64,000 nucleotides of DNA from Nitrospinaceae bacterium (GCA_965223665.1 OZ245011.1:3712001-3776000); one strand, 5' to 3'; positions 19,826-29,485 are shown, counted from the stretch's first letter. Notes: generated by a model not told the origin, from the letters alone. Translations and numbers: made by a program.

Positions 19826-20075
19826 GCGAATAAGGTAAATTTTAGGTGGGATTGCTTCTAGGTTTGAGTGAATTTGAACCTGTTTATGCTCTCTTGTGCT
19901 CAGTTGTTTATTGCAAACTGGAAAATGTTCCGTATAGGTTTGCAATTTAGAGATCATTTTAAGAACATTTTTGGATATTTCCTAGGTGTTTTCTTGCCAA
20001 AGTTTTAGTCCATTAGTTTCACAACTTTTAGTTTAGATTTTGAGGGATATTAAATATTCTAAACTTCCCATTCGC
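19826..20075 (+). ncRNA. Candidate structured 5' leader RNA
   Basis: Starts at the predicted sigma54 +1. GCGAAT pairs with ATTCGC (20070-75); internal stems AGGTTTGA/TTGAACCT, ATTGCAAAC/GTTTGCAAT, AGTTTAGA/TCTAAACT. Confidence 0.4.
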
Positions 20076-20316
20076 TGATTACTTTAAAAACAAATTTATT
20101 GAACTCCAACAAAACGTATTAGTTTTTTAGTCAAACAATATACATTTTAAGTTGGTGTAGCTTTTTTTGGGGAATTAGAGTCTATTGTTTTTGCTTGCCC
20201 AAATTAAGACAAGTTAAACGTATAAATAATATTTTTTAAGCGGTTTAGATTCTGCTGGAAAATTTTGTTGCCTCGAGAATTTTTACAAACAATTTGCGCA
20301 AAAAAAGGATAGAACC

Positions 20317-21645
20317 ATGCAGGCTTATAAAAAAAATTCTAAGTTTTTTTCTACCATTCTTTTTTCCTGTTTCATTGCCTTAAGCTTTTTCCTCCATGGA
20401 TTGGCTCACGCACAAGATACTGAATATTTTGTAAATGTTAAAGATTTTGGCGCTAAAGGAGATGGGATTAACAACGACACTCAAGAAATACAAGCAGCTA
20501 TTAATTCATTATATGTTGATGGAAAAGGAGGTACCGTATATTTACCTCCGGGTAAGTATAGAATAGTAGGAACTGTAGGCTCTGGAGACACATATCAAGG
20601 AAGTACTATAAGGAACGGATTATATTTAAGAGAAAAAACAGGAACTCTTAATCGGCCGACGAATATTATTTCAGGGCTTAATAATCGTATAACCATAAGG
20701 GGAGCAGGTAAATCTACTGTTCTGGTAGGTGATTCAGATAATTTATTTATTATTAGAGTTTCAACTGGCTACGCAACGATTAAAGACCTAACAATAGATG
20801 GGGGGGTCTCGGTAGGGGACTTTACTTCCAAGGTTGTAGGAATCGCCATGGTTCCTGAGAATATGCAAAGTTCTTCTACTCTTACGGATATTAGCTATAA
20901 CGTTGTAGATAATGTACATATTGGCAACACTCAAGAAGGTATTTTAATGAGTTGTGGTCCAACTCGAGGTGAAAGTTTCTGTTATTGGAATTCCTTTTCC
21001 AATGTTTCTTTAAGAGATATGGTTCGAGGAATTTACATGAAAAGTGGTGTAAATGGTTCTCCAAGTATCAATAGGAACATGTTCTCGAATATCAATATGA
21101 ACACTATGAATGTAGGGTTTCATATTGAAAGTGGAGATACCAACACTTGCATGCACTGTACGTTCACAGATATTACGGTTGAAGGTTCCGGTGCGCCCAA
21201 ATCAACTGCCTCGGCTATTGTGATTGATTTTATGGATCAATGGAATCGTTGGGGAAATTCGAGCAATAGATTTTATAACGCCGTATTTGAAGGAAATGAA
21301 CGGGATATTGAAAACGCAGCGGATCGAACTGAGTTTTATGGAATTGAAACGGACCTAGATGGTGGAAAAAACTTATGGTCCCGAAGTCCAATGGCCATGA
21401 TTGGTACCAACGGATTTTTTTCAAAATGGCCCGGGTTATTTGTTGGTTATAAAACTATGGACCCATCTTCAAAGGTGGCTTTAGGTGTTCGATCGGGTTC
21501 TCAGGGATTTCTGCCACCTGTTATGAGCACAACTCAAAGAAATAACATGGGATCTGTTCCGGAGGGGTTGATTATTTATAACAGTTCTACAAAGAAACTA
21601 AATATTTTTTCTAATGGGGCTTGGAGGGCCTTTGTAAACCAATAA
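20317..21645 (+). CDS. Secreted pectate-lyase-3/tailspike-like beta-helix protein (paralog 2)
   Basis: Signal peptide ending AHA; VNVKDFGAKGDGINNDT...GGTVYLPPGKY; C-terminal GFLPPVMSTTQRN...GLIIYN...W. Confidence 0.82.
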   Translation: MQAYKKNSKFFSTILFSCFIALSFFLHGLAHAQDTEYFVNVKDFGAKGDGINNDTQEIQAAINSLYVDGKGGTVYLPPGKYRIVGTVGSGDTYQGSTIRNGLYLREKTGTLNRPTNIISGLNNRITIRGAGKSTVLVGDSDNLFIIRVSTGYATIKDLTIDGGVSVGDFTSKVVGIAMVPENMQSSSTLTDISYNVVDNVHIGNTQEGILMSCGPTRGESFCYWNSFSNVSLRDMVRGIYMKSGVNGSPSINRNMFSNINMNTMNVGFHIESGDTNTCMHCTFTDITVEGSGAPKSTASAIVIDFMDQWNRWGNSSNRFYNAVFEGNERDIENAADRTEFYGIETDLDGGKNLWSRSPMAMIGTNGFFSKWPGLFVGYKTMDPSSKVALGVRSGSQGFLPPVMSTTQRNNMGSVPEGLIIYNSSTKKLNIFSNGAWRAFVNQ

Positions 21646-21716
21646 GTCTAGCCAATTTTTATCTATTTTCTAGGCAAAGAATTCACTTAAGTAATGTTAA
21701 ATAAGAGGAATTAAAA

Positions 21717-24700
21717 ATGTTTAAAATTAAATTGGCAAATTTCCTTAAAGGGTATTTGGTTTTTGGCCTTTTCCTTACGGTACTTTCTCAACAAGCTTTT
21801 GCTGATGTTCAGCAGTTTTTGGACGGTGTTTACCCTGACTCTAGTTACTCCGGAACCAGGGACGCTTATCTCCAGGAAACTCGACCTAATGATGAATTTG
21901 GTACTTTGACTACCTTAAGAGCCGATGGGGAAAGTACCGAAAACGGTCAAACGGGCGAATACGTTTCAGTTATTAAATGGGATGTTTCCAGTATACCTTC
22001 AAATGCAATAATTAATTCAGTATCTATCCGCTTTGATGTTTCTAACTCAAGTTCTGGTACTTACAATGTATATAAAGTAAATAATAGCTGGACAGAAGTT
22101 GAAGTTGATTGGAATGATATTCCTGGAGCTTCTGGTGGTTCTGGGACCACAGTTTTAGGAAGTTTTAATCCAAGTACCACTGGGCTAAGATCTTTTTCAT
22201 TAAATTCCTCGGGAATTCAAGTAGTTCAGGATTGGGTAAGTGGGGCTTCAACAAATGATGGAATAATGATTAGAAGCGGGGGGACCACTGATGGAGTTGT
22301 TTTTGGCTCAAGAGAGGCTTCTCCTTCTGATCGTCCTAGGCTTACAATTGATTTTACCGTCCCTCCACCAGATGAAAATAATATTGTTGAGTTTTTAGAT
22401 GGTGTTCATCCGGATTCAAGTTATAGCGGTACTCAAGATTCCTATTTGAGGGAAACTCAACCTACCACGGAGTTTGGAAATCAAACTATTATAAGTGCAG
22501 ATGGATCAGATACTAGTGGTGGTCAAACGGGAGAATTGGTGGGGATAATAAAATGGGATATTTCTAGTATTCCTTCAAGTGCCGTGGTTAATTCAGTTAG
22601 CCTCCGTTTTGACATTACTAATGTAAGCCCAGGGGCTTATGATTTGTATGCAGTGAATACATCCTGGACAGAAGCGGGTGCAAATTGGAGTAATGTTATA
22701 GGAGCAGGAGGGGCTGGGTCTACTATCTTGGGAAGCTTTACTCCAAGCAGTACAGGACTTCAATCAATAAATTTGAATTCTGCAGGTGTTCAAGTAGTTC
22801 AAGGCTGGGTAAATAACTCCTCCACAAATAATGGATTTCTAATTCGCACAGCTGGTACTAATAATGGGGTTGATTTTTGGTCCAGCGAAGCCTCTGTTTC
22901 AGATAGACCAAAACTGACAATTGATTATGATTCTTCAGGGGGAGGAGGAGGTACTCCAGAAGATTTTACGGTGAATTTTTCCGATGGTACTCACCCCAAT
23001 TCGAGCTATAACGGGACAAGAGATGCCTATATTAGAGAGACGCAACCGAATGACGAATTCGGGACCGAATCTATTTTGCGTGCCGATGGATCCGATACAT
23101 CGGGTGGTCAAACCGGTGAATTGGCAAGTGTTATAAAATGGGATATGTCTTCTATTCCCACAGACTCAGTAGTGACTTCAGTTTCGATCCGATTTGATGT
23201 TTCTAATCAAAGTCCCGGAGCATATAATTTATATCAAGTCAATTTGCCCTGGACGGAAATCGAAATAGATTGGAACGATATTATTGGAACTTCTGGCGGA
23301 GCGGGAACTACCGTATTGGGAAGCTTTACTCCTAGCTCGACAGGACTTAATAACTTTACATTAAATAATTCAGGGATCCAAGTGGTTCAAGGTTGGGTCA
23401 ATAACCCCTCATCTAATAATGGGTTTTTGATTCGGAGTGCAGGGACCAATGATGGGGTGACGTTCTGGTCGCGTGAGGGAAATGTTGCAGACCGACCTCG
23501 GATAACTATTAATTATTCCAGTTCCGGCGGTGGAGGTGGAGGCTCTGGACCTGATACCACTCCACCTGTAGTTACAGCACCCCCTGATGTGACAGCCAAT
23601 TCGACGGGAACCTTAACTCAGGTAAATATTGGTACTGCTACAGCAACGGATAATGTTGAGGTTGCTTCAATTACTAATAATGCTCCTTCAGGAGGATATC
23701 CATTAGGGACGACAGTAGTAACTTGGACTGCCACAGATACTTCTGGTAATACAGGTACTGATACGCAATCCGTTACCGTGATTGATGGTCCTACGTCATC
23801 CACTACTGAGTATTTTGTTAATGTAAAAGATTTTGGCGCTACAGGAAATGGTGTGACCAATGATAGACCTGCCATTCAAGCTGCAATAGATTCTCTTTAT
23901 ACCAATAGCATTGGTGGTGGAACCGTGTATTTCCCACCAGGCACCTATCGTATATTTGCCACCTCTGGCTCTGGTGATATTTATCAGGGTGGAGTCATGA
24001 GAAATGGAATTCTTCTGCGTGATGAGAATGGTTCGAGTGAACATCCTTATGAAAACAATCGAATTAACCGCATTACGTTGCGTGGGGCAGGTAAAAGTTC
24101 TGTTTTAATAGGAAGTGGGGATACAAGAATGTTTATCATTCGTATTGCCACAAGCTATGTGACGATTAAAGACTTATATATTCGTGGAGGTATTGACTAT
24201 AAAACCTTTGGACGCAGGGTAATTGGGATTGGAATTGTTCCTGAAAACATGGGAAGTTCAAGCACCCCAGCCCACTTAAGTTACAATGTGATTGATAACG
24301 TAACTGTTACAGACTCCCAGGAAGGTGTCCTTATGATGTGTGGGCCGGGAGTTAGTGGAAGCCATTGTGGACACAATATGTTTAACAACCTTTCACTAAG
24401 GTTGATGACTCGCGGAATTTATATGGCAAGTGGAGTTCAAGGATCCTTGGGGAATTCGGCAAATGTAATTCGCAATGCGGGATTCAATTTTATGAATGTT
24501 GGATTACATATTGAAAGTGGCGATCATAATACTTGTTTTCACTGTTCCATAAACGATATTGAATTGACAGAAAGTCCTTATAATGGAGGGGTTCCCAAAC
24601 AAACTGCTACCTCAGTTGTAATTGAGGATCTTGACAAATGGAACCTTTGGGCAAATGTTAATAATCGTATTTATAATCTACCAAGCGAACATAATTCTCG

Positions 24701-25049
24701 GGATATTGAAAATGAGAGTTCCACCACTGAAATTTATGGAGCTTCTGGAGTTTCACTTGGAAAAACTAAATGGACTGAACCTCCTCAATTTATGACGAGT
24801 ACCAAAGGAAGTTATGTGAACAATAGTAGTGTAATTATTGGAGACTCTGGATTTGGTACTCCCCATCCTAATGTCATATTGGGGGTTTATTCAACAAGTA
24901 AAGGATTTCTCCCTCCAGGGTTATTTGCTACCCAAATAAGTGGAATGGGGACTTCCTCATTGCCTGAGGGATTAGTTATTTTTAATCGGAGTACAGGGAA
25001 TTTGCAAGTGTTTGATGGAAATCAATGGAGAGTTCAAGCACTTGAGTAA
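21717..25049 (+). CDS. Secreted multidomain protein: 3x DNRLRE-like, HYR, tailspike-like beta-helix (paralog 3)
   Basis: Signal peptide ending AFA; three ~195-aa repeats (DAYLQETRP...IKWDVSSIP...RPRLTI); HYR domain DTTPPVVTAP...TWTATDTSGN; VNVKDFGATGNG beta-helix; GFLPP...FDGNQW tail. Confidence 0.85.
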   Translation: MFKIKLANFLKGYLVFGLFLTVLSQQAFADVQQFLDGVYPDSSYSGTRDAYLQETRPNDEFGTLTTLRADGESTENGQTGEYVSVIKWDVSSIPSNAIINSVSIRFDVSNSSSGTYNVYKVNNSWTEVEVDWNDIPGASGGSGTTVLGSFNPSTTGLRSFSLNSSGIQVVQDWVSGASTNDGIMIRSGGTTDGVVFGSREASPSDRPRLTIDFTVPPPDENNIVEFLDGVHPDSSYSGTQDSYLRETQPTTEFGNQTIISADGSDTSGGQTGELVGIIKWDISSIPSSAVVNSVSLRFDITNVSPGAYDLYAVNTSWTEAGANWSNVIGAGGAGSTILGSFTPSSTGLQSINLNSAGVQVVQGWVNNSSTNNGFLIRTAGTNNGVDFWSSEASVSDRPKLTIDYDSSGGGGGTPEDFTVNFSDGTHPNSSYNGTRDAYIRETQPNDEFGTESILRADGSDTSGGQTGELASVIKWDMSSIPTDSVVTSVSIRFDVSNQSPGAYNLYQVNLPWTEIEIDWNDIIGTSGGAGTTVLGSFTPSSTGLNNFTLNNSGIQVVQGWVNNPSSNNGFLIRSAGTNDGVTFWSREGNVADRPRITINYSSSGGGGGGSGPDTTPPVVTAPPDVTANSTGTLTQVNIGTATATDNVEVASITNNAPSGGYPLGTTVVTWTATDTSGNTGTDTQSVTVIDGPTSSTTEYFVNVKDFGATGNGVTNDRPAIQAAIDSLYTNSIGGGTVYFPPGTYRIFATSGSGDIYQGGVMRNGILLRDENGSSEHPYENNRINRITLRGAGKSSVLIGSGDTRMFIIRIATSYVTIKDLYIRGGIDYKTFGRRVIGIGIVPENMGSSSTPAHLSYNVIDNVTVTDSQEGVLMMCGPGVSGSHCGHNMFNNLSLRLMTRGIYMASGVQGSLGNSANVIRNAGFNFMNVGLHIESGDHNTCFHCSINDIELTESPYNGGVPKQTATSVVIEDLDKWNLWANVNNRIYNLPSEHNSRDIENESSTTEIYGASGVSLGKTKWTEPPQFMTSTKGSYVNNSSVIIGDSGFGTPHPNVILGVYSTSKGFLPPGLFATQISGMGTSSLPEGLVIFNRSTGNLQVFDGNQWRVQALE
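21813..23516 (+). repeat. Three tandem intragenic DNRLRE-like domain repeats
   Basis: Units begin near 21813, 22389 and 22974 (FLDGVYPDSSYSGTRD / FLDGVHPDSSYSGTQD / FSDGTHPNSSYNGTRD); diverged at DNA level. Confidence 0.85.
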
Positions 25050-25078
25050 AAGTTTGAATTTTAAATTGATAAGACGTT

Positions 25079-25120
25079 AAAAATGCTTAATCTATTAATA
25101 AAGGATTAAGCATTTTTTTT
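25079..25120 (+). terminator. Intrinsic terminator
   Basis: AAAAATGCTTAATC-N11-GATTAAGCATTTTT plus T-run after 25049. Confidence 0.75.
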
Positions 25121-25161
25121 ATGGTTTTTGGTTTCAATTAATTTAAATTAGACAATCGCCA

Positions 25162-25902
25162 TTGGTCAAAAGTATGGGAAAATTAATAGGTTCATTATTC
25201 AGAGTTTTTTGCGTTTTGTTCATGGTTGTTTGCCTTCTTGGTAAGGTGAGTTTGGGTCATGCGAATGCGTCAAGAGTCTTTAGTGGTATTAAGAAAGAGC
25301 AAGGCAAAGTAAAAATAAATGTTAAAGATATTCCCTTAATGCAGGTTTTGGAAATGGTTAACTACCATAGTGGAATTAACTTCCAAGGGTATTCTGAGCA
25401 TTTTGACAAAAAAGTTACTGTGCAGATAGATGCTAATACATGGCCAGAAGCGATAAGAGAATTATTAATTGACTTTGGGAAAATTGAGATTGGTGATGGA
25501 AAAAATCTAAAGTCTGTTTGGTTATTGGGGGGAAATAATAGTGGAGGACCAGTTTGGGTTAACAGTTCAGGCTATGGAGAAAAAGGTGTAAAATCCCAAA
25601 ACTTAACTTCAAAAAACAACAAAAACTCCATAAAATCTGCCTCACGTATCCCCCAAAGTTCATTAAATTCGCCACAATTATTTAGTAAACTAAAACAAAT
25701 AAGTAAACTTTCTTATAATGATCCCATTCCAGAGACTTTAATAGGAGATAAAGATCTAATGCCTTTTTTTAGGCAATTTGGAATTAGGTCGGCAAGTGAT
25801 TTAAAAAATAAAAAACAGGCCCATCGTCTAAAAAAAATGGCTAAACGACGGGTTCAAGCGATGGAAGAAATATCAAGATCTCAAAAATCTAAGGTAAATT
25901 AG
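25162..25902 (+). CDS. Exported protein with STN/secretin-N-like domain
   Basis: Signal peptide; VKINVKDIPLMQVLEMVNYHSGINF pattern; basic C-terminus; no secretin barrel. Confidence 0.55.
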   Translation: MVKSMGKLIGSLFRVFCVLFMVVCLLGKVSLGHANASRVFSGIKKEQGKVKINVKDIPLMQVLEMVNYHSGINFQGYSEHFDKKVTVQIDANTWPEAIRELLIDFGKIEIGDGKNLKSVWLLGGNNSGGPVWVNSSGYGEKGVKSQNLTSKNNKNSIKSASRIPQSSLNSPQLFSKLKQISKLSYNDPIPETLIGDKDLMPFFRQFGIRSASDLKNKKQAHRLKKMAKRRVQAMEEISRSQKSKVN

Positions 25903-26233
25903 ATTTTTTTTGAAGAAAATGTTTAGTTTTTATTTTTTAAATTTGTGGGGTAAAATTAGAGGCCCAATTGGGGAATAATCATTTGGAAAAGCCTAAAAAA
26001 TTTGAACTTTTTTACCCAATTAGTGTTTTTAAATCCTCATTCTCTTTCTTTCGATAATTCAAATGATTTAACCTTTTAATGGTTTGGCGTGGTATTTATA
26101 TTTGATTTTAAAGGCTTTTCCTTTGTGATTCACCTTTATAATTCTTGCTGAAAAAGATATAATAAATAGATTTACCAAATTGTAAATTTAAATCAGCCTT
26201 TTTTGGGGCTATTTCTATTGGGGGAACTCAACA

Positions 26234-28423
26234 GTGAAGTCGAATGAAATGAGTCACAGTGAAATCGGGTTCAATGATTTAATAAAAATGATTTTTAAGA
26301 GGAAAGTGACTCTGGGTCTATTTATTTTGATTCCTATGATTTTCTCGGTAGTTTACTCCTATACCATGACCCCAATCTACTCGGCCCAAGCACAGGTTCT
26401 TATAGAGGGAAATTCCAATCAAACGGCTACTCTAGAGCAAATTTTAAGAAAGCAAACTCGAGAAGTTAATTTTCTTGAAACTCAATACGTCTTATTAAAA
26501 AGCCGCGCTTTAATAAAAAGCGTTATCCAAAAACTTGAGTTGGAAGATAGTGACGAATTTAAGCCAAAAGAAAAGTTGATTTCTTTTGAACCAATAAAAG
26601 ATGCCCTGAGATGGGTTATCAATTTGATTATTTCAAAGGAACCGGAAGAGATAAGTGATGAAAGTTCCACGGACCCTTATACAAAACTTATAAATACTTT
26701 TTTGAAGCGGTTGACCATTTCCCCAGTACGTAAAACACAAGTGGTTAATGTAGCTTACCAAGGTTATTCTCCGGAACTGGCAGCTAAAATTGTTAATACC
26801 CTTTGTGAAACTTTTATTGAAAAGAATATTGAATTAAAAAGCACCATAGACCAGGGGACCGGGGAATGGTTAAGAAAAAGGGTAAAAGAGGTTAACGAAG
26901 AATTAAAAGAATCTGAGCTTGCTTTGCAAAAATATAAAGAAGAACATGAAGCTCTGGAACTTGAAGAAAAACGAGGCTTTGCAAATCAAAAATTAGGTAG
27001 AATTTTAAGAGATATTTCTGTCGCCAAGTCGGAGCGATTACGTTGGGAAGCCATTAGAAATCAGGTTTTAAAAATGAAGCGCGATCCTAAGGAAATGCTT
27101 CAGTCTTTACCTGATGAGCTGAAGTCAGAAAACGTTGTTCGTCTAAGAAAAGAGTATATTGCTTATCAACAAGAATTAACAGTTCTTTCTAAATCATATG
27201 GTTCTTCTCACCCTACCATTATCACTCTAAAAGCAAAAATTGATGCCATCGAGAAAAGAATTCCTGATGAGATGAACCGAGTATTACGCAGTGTGAATAA
27301 TGAATACGAAGCGGCTAGAGAAAAAGAGAATATTATGCAGTCGGCTTTGGATGATATGAAGAAAAGGGCTATCAAGGCAGACAAGGAAACAATTGAATAC
27401 ACAAGTTTGAAGCATGAAGTGGAAGCTAATAAAAAACTATTTGATTTGTTATTGAATAGAATGAAGCAAATTAATGTTAGGTCACAAATTAGCGAAACAA
27501 ATATTAGAGTTGTTGATACTGCGGAAGTACCTTTAATTCCAGTAAAACCGAATAAAGTTTTGAACTTATTGATTGCTATTGCCCTTGGATTTTTAGGTGG
27601 GTTTTTATTTGTTTCTTATAAAGAGCTTCAAGATAAAACCGTGAAATCTGAGAATCAGTTAGAAAACTCATTGCCTTTCCCAGTATTAGGAACTGTGAGT
27701 ACCCTAAGTGGAAAAAAGGATAAACGATTTCCAATTTTAAATATAAATTCACGGACAGGTTCGGAGTTCCGGGATATGGTAACCAACCTCCGTTGGATTC
27801 TTGCTGAACCACACAGAGTAATTATGGTGACTAGTACCTTGTGTGGAGAAGGGAAGGCAACTGTAGCAGCTAATTTAGCTGTGGGAATTGCTCAGGTTGG
27901 GAAAAGAGTTTTATTGGTGGATGCAGATTTAAGGCAACCTAAATTGAATGCATTCTTTAAAACTAAGCCGTCGCCGGGATTAGCCGATCTACTTCAGGAT
28001 GTTCAGTCCATCCAAAATGTGGGTCAAGAAACTAAATTCAAAGGTCTCTGGGTTCTTCCTACAGGCACTGTTGGCCCGAACTCATATATTTTTCAGGATT
28101 TATTCAATCCAGAGAAGTTTAAAAAAGTAATTTCTTTTGTAAGGCAAAAATTTGATGTTGTATTACTTGTGACTTCGCCAGCTAAAAAATTCTCGGATGC
28201 TTCATTTATTGAGAAATTTTGTGATGGAATTATTTATGTCGTCGAAGCCGGTAAGAATGACCCCAAAACCATTGAACGGGCTATTGAACAGTTATCAAAA
28301 GCTCCGGCATTATCTGCTGCAACAGATTTTCTGAATGGAAACGGAGTCCGGGATGATGATGGCCATGGAATCAATGGTGAATCCCTTCGTCGAATTGGTC
28401 TAGTACTTAATAAAGTTGATTAA
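26234..28423 (+). CDS. wzc: Wzc/GumC polysaccharide co-polymerase with degenerate BY-kinase domain
   Basis: TPIYSAQAQVLIE, YGSSHP, VVDTAEVPLIPVKP, two TM helices, VLLVDADLRQP. Walker A is GEGKAT, Walker B is VVLLVTSP, and there is no Tyr tail. Confidence 0.9.
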   Translation: MKSNEMSHSEIGFNDLIKMIFKRKVTLGLFILIPMIFSVVYSYTMTPIYSAQAQVLIEGNSNQTATLEQILRKQTREVNFLETQYVLLKSRALIKSVIQKLELEDSDEFKPKEKLISFEPIKDALRWVINLIISKEPEEISDESSTDPYTKLINTFLKRLTISPVRKTQVVNVAYQGYSPELAAKIVNTLCETFIEKNIELKSTIDQGTGEWLRKRVKEVNEELKESELALQKYKEEHEALELEEKRGFANQKLGRILRDISVAKSERLRWEAIRNQVLKMKRDPKEMLQSLPDELKSENVVRLRKEYIAYQQELTVLSKSYGSSHPTIITLKAKIDAIEKRIPDEMNRVLRSVNNEYEAAREKENIMQSALDDMKKRAIKADKETIEYTSLKHEVEANKKLFDLLLNRMKQINVRSQISETNIRVVDTAEVPLIPVKPNKVLNLLIAIALGFLGGFLFVSYKELQDKTVKSENQLENSLPFPVLGTVSTLSGKKDKRFPILNINSRTGSEFRDMVTNLRWILAEPHRVIMVTSTLCGEGKATVAANLAVGIAQVGKRVLLVDADLRQPKLNAFFKTKPSPGLADLLQDVQSIQNVGQETKFKGLWVLPTGTVGPNSYIFQDLFNPEKFKKVISFVRQKFDVVLLVTSPAKKFSDASFIEKFCDGIIYVVEAGKNDPKTIERAIEQLSKAPALSAATDFLNGNGVRDDDGHGINGESLRRIGLVLNKVD

Positions 28424-28456
28424 TATAAATAGTAATAGAGAGTAAAACGCTAAATT

Positions 28457-29485
28457 ATGAAATTACTGGTTACTGGTACTGCCGGTTTTGTAGGATATTT
28501 TACAGCAAAAAATCTTTTAAATTCGGGGCACGAAATTGTAGGGGTTGATAACATAAATGATTATTATGATATCAGTCTTAAATACGACCGTTTAAATAAT
28601 TTAAAAGAGTATTCTAATTTTATTTTTTATAAAAAGGACTTATCAGATTTAGATTCGGTTAATGAAATATTCAAAAAAGAGAAACCTCAGAGAGTTATTC
28701 ATCTTGCTGCACAACCGGGTGTACGCTATTCGTTAAAATATCCAGAAAAATATATTCAAAGCAACATTGTTGCTTTTATGAATTTGCTTGAGGCTTGCCG
28801 CAACTTTGGAATTGAGCATTTGGCATACGCTTCTTCCAGTTCTGTTTATGGGTTGAACGGTACTTATCCTCTTTCTGTGAAAGATAATGTGGACCACCCT
28901 GTTTCCTTATATGCGGCGACCAAAAAAAGCAATGAATTAATGGCGCATACATACTCTCATCTCTTTAATATTCCAACCACAGGATTACGTTTTTTTACAG
29001 TTTACGGACCGATGGGGCGACCCGACATGGCGTACTTCTCTTTTGCCAAAAGAATTATTGAAGGGCAACCCATAGAAGTATTTAATGAAGGTAAAATGTT
29101 TAGGGATTTTACTTATATTGACGATATTGTGGAGGGAGTTATTCGAGTTGCTATGAAAGTTCCTGAGTCTAACCCTGCTTGGGATTCTAAAAACCCTGAT
29201 CCAAGCTCATCGCTGGCCCCTTACCGTGTCTATAATATAGGATGTAACTCTCCAGTAAATTTAATGGATTTTATCCGGGAAATAGAAAAGAATCTTGGTA
29301 AACAAGCGAATATGAAATTTTTGCCGATGCAGCCAGGTGATGTTGTTAAAACTCATGCAGATGTTGATGATTTGGTTCGTGATTTAGATTATAAACCCAA
29401 AATAGATTACCGGACCGGAGTTAGAAAGTTTATTGAATGGTTTGTTGAGTACTGGGAATCAGAAAAAAGCAATGTTCAGGCCTGA
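28457..29485 (+). CDS. UDP-glucuronate 4-epimerase (CapI/WbnF-like)
   Basis: TGTAGFVG, HLAAQPGVRYS, YAATKK, GLRFFTVYGPMGRPDMA. Confidence 0.92.
   Translation: MKLLVTGTAGFVGYFTAKNLLNSGHEIVGVDNINDYYDISLKYDRLNNLKEYSNFIFYKKDLSDLDSVNEIFKKEKPQRVIHLAAQPGVRYSLKYPEKYIQSNIVAFMNLLEACRNFGIEHLAYASSSSVYGLNGTYPLSVKDNVDHPVSLYAATKKSNELMAHTYSHLFNIPTTGLRFFTVYGPMGRPDMAYFSFAKRIIEGQPIEVFNEGKMFRDFTYIDDIVEGVIRVAMKVPESNPAWDSKNPDPSSSLAPYRVYNIGCNSPVNLMDFIREIEKNLGKQANMKFLPMQPGDVVKTHADVDDLVRDLDYKPKIDYRTGVRKFIEWFVEYWESEKSNVQA

Noticed and set aside
3224-25049. Prophage interpretation of the tailspike-like genes
   Set aside because: All have signal peptides, and no integrase, terminase, capsid, tail or lysis genes are present.
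26084-26100. TGGCGT as a sigma54 promoter for wzc
   Set aside because: The -12 GC is missing at the required spacing.
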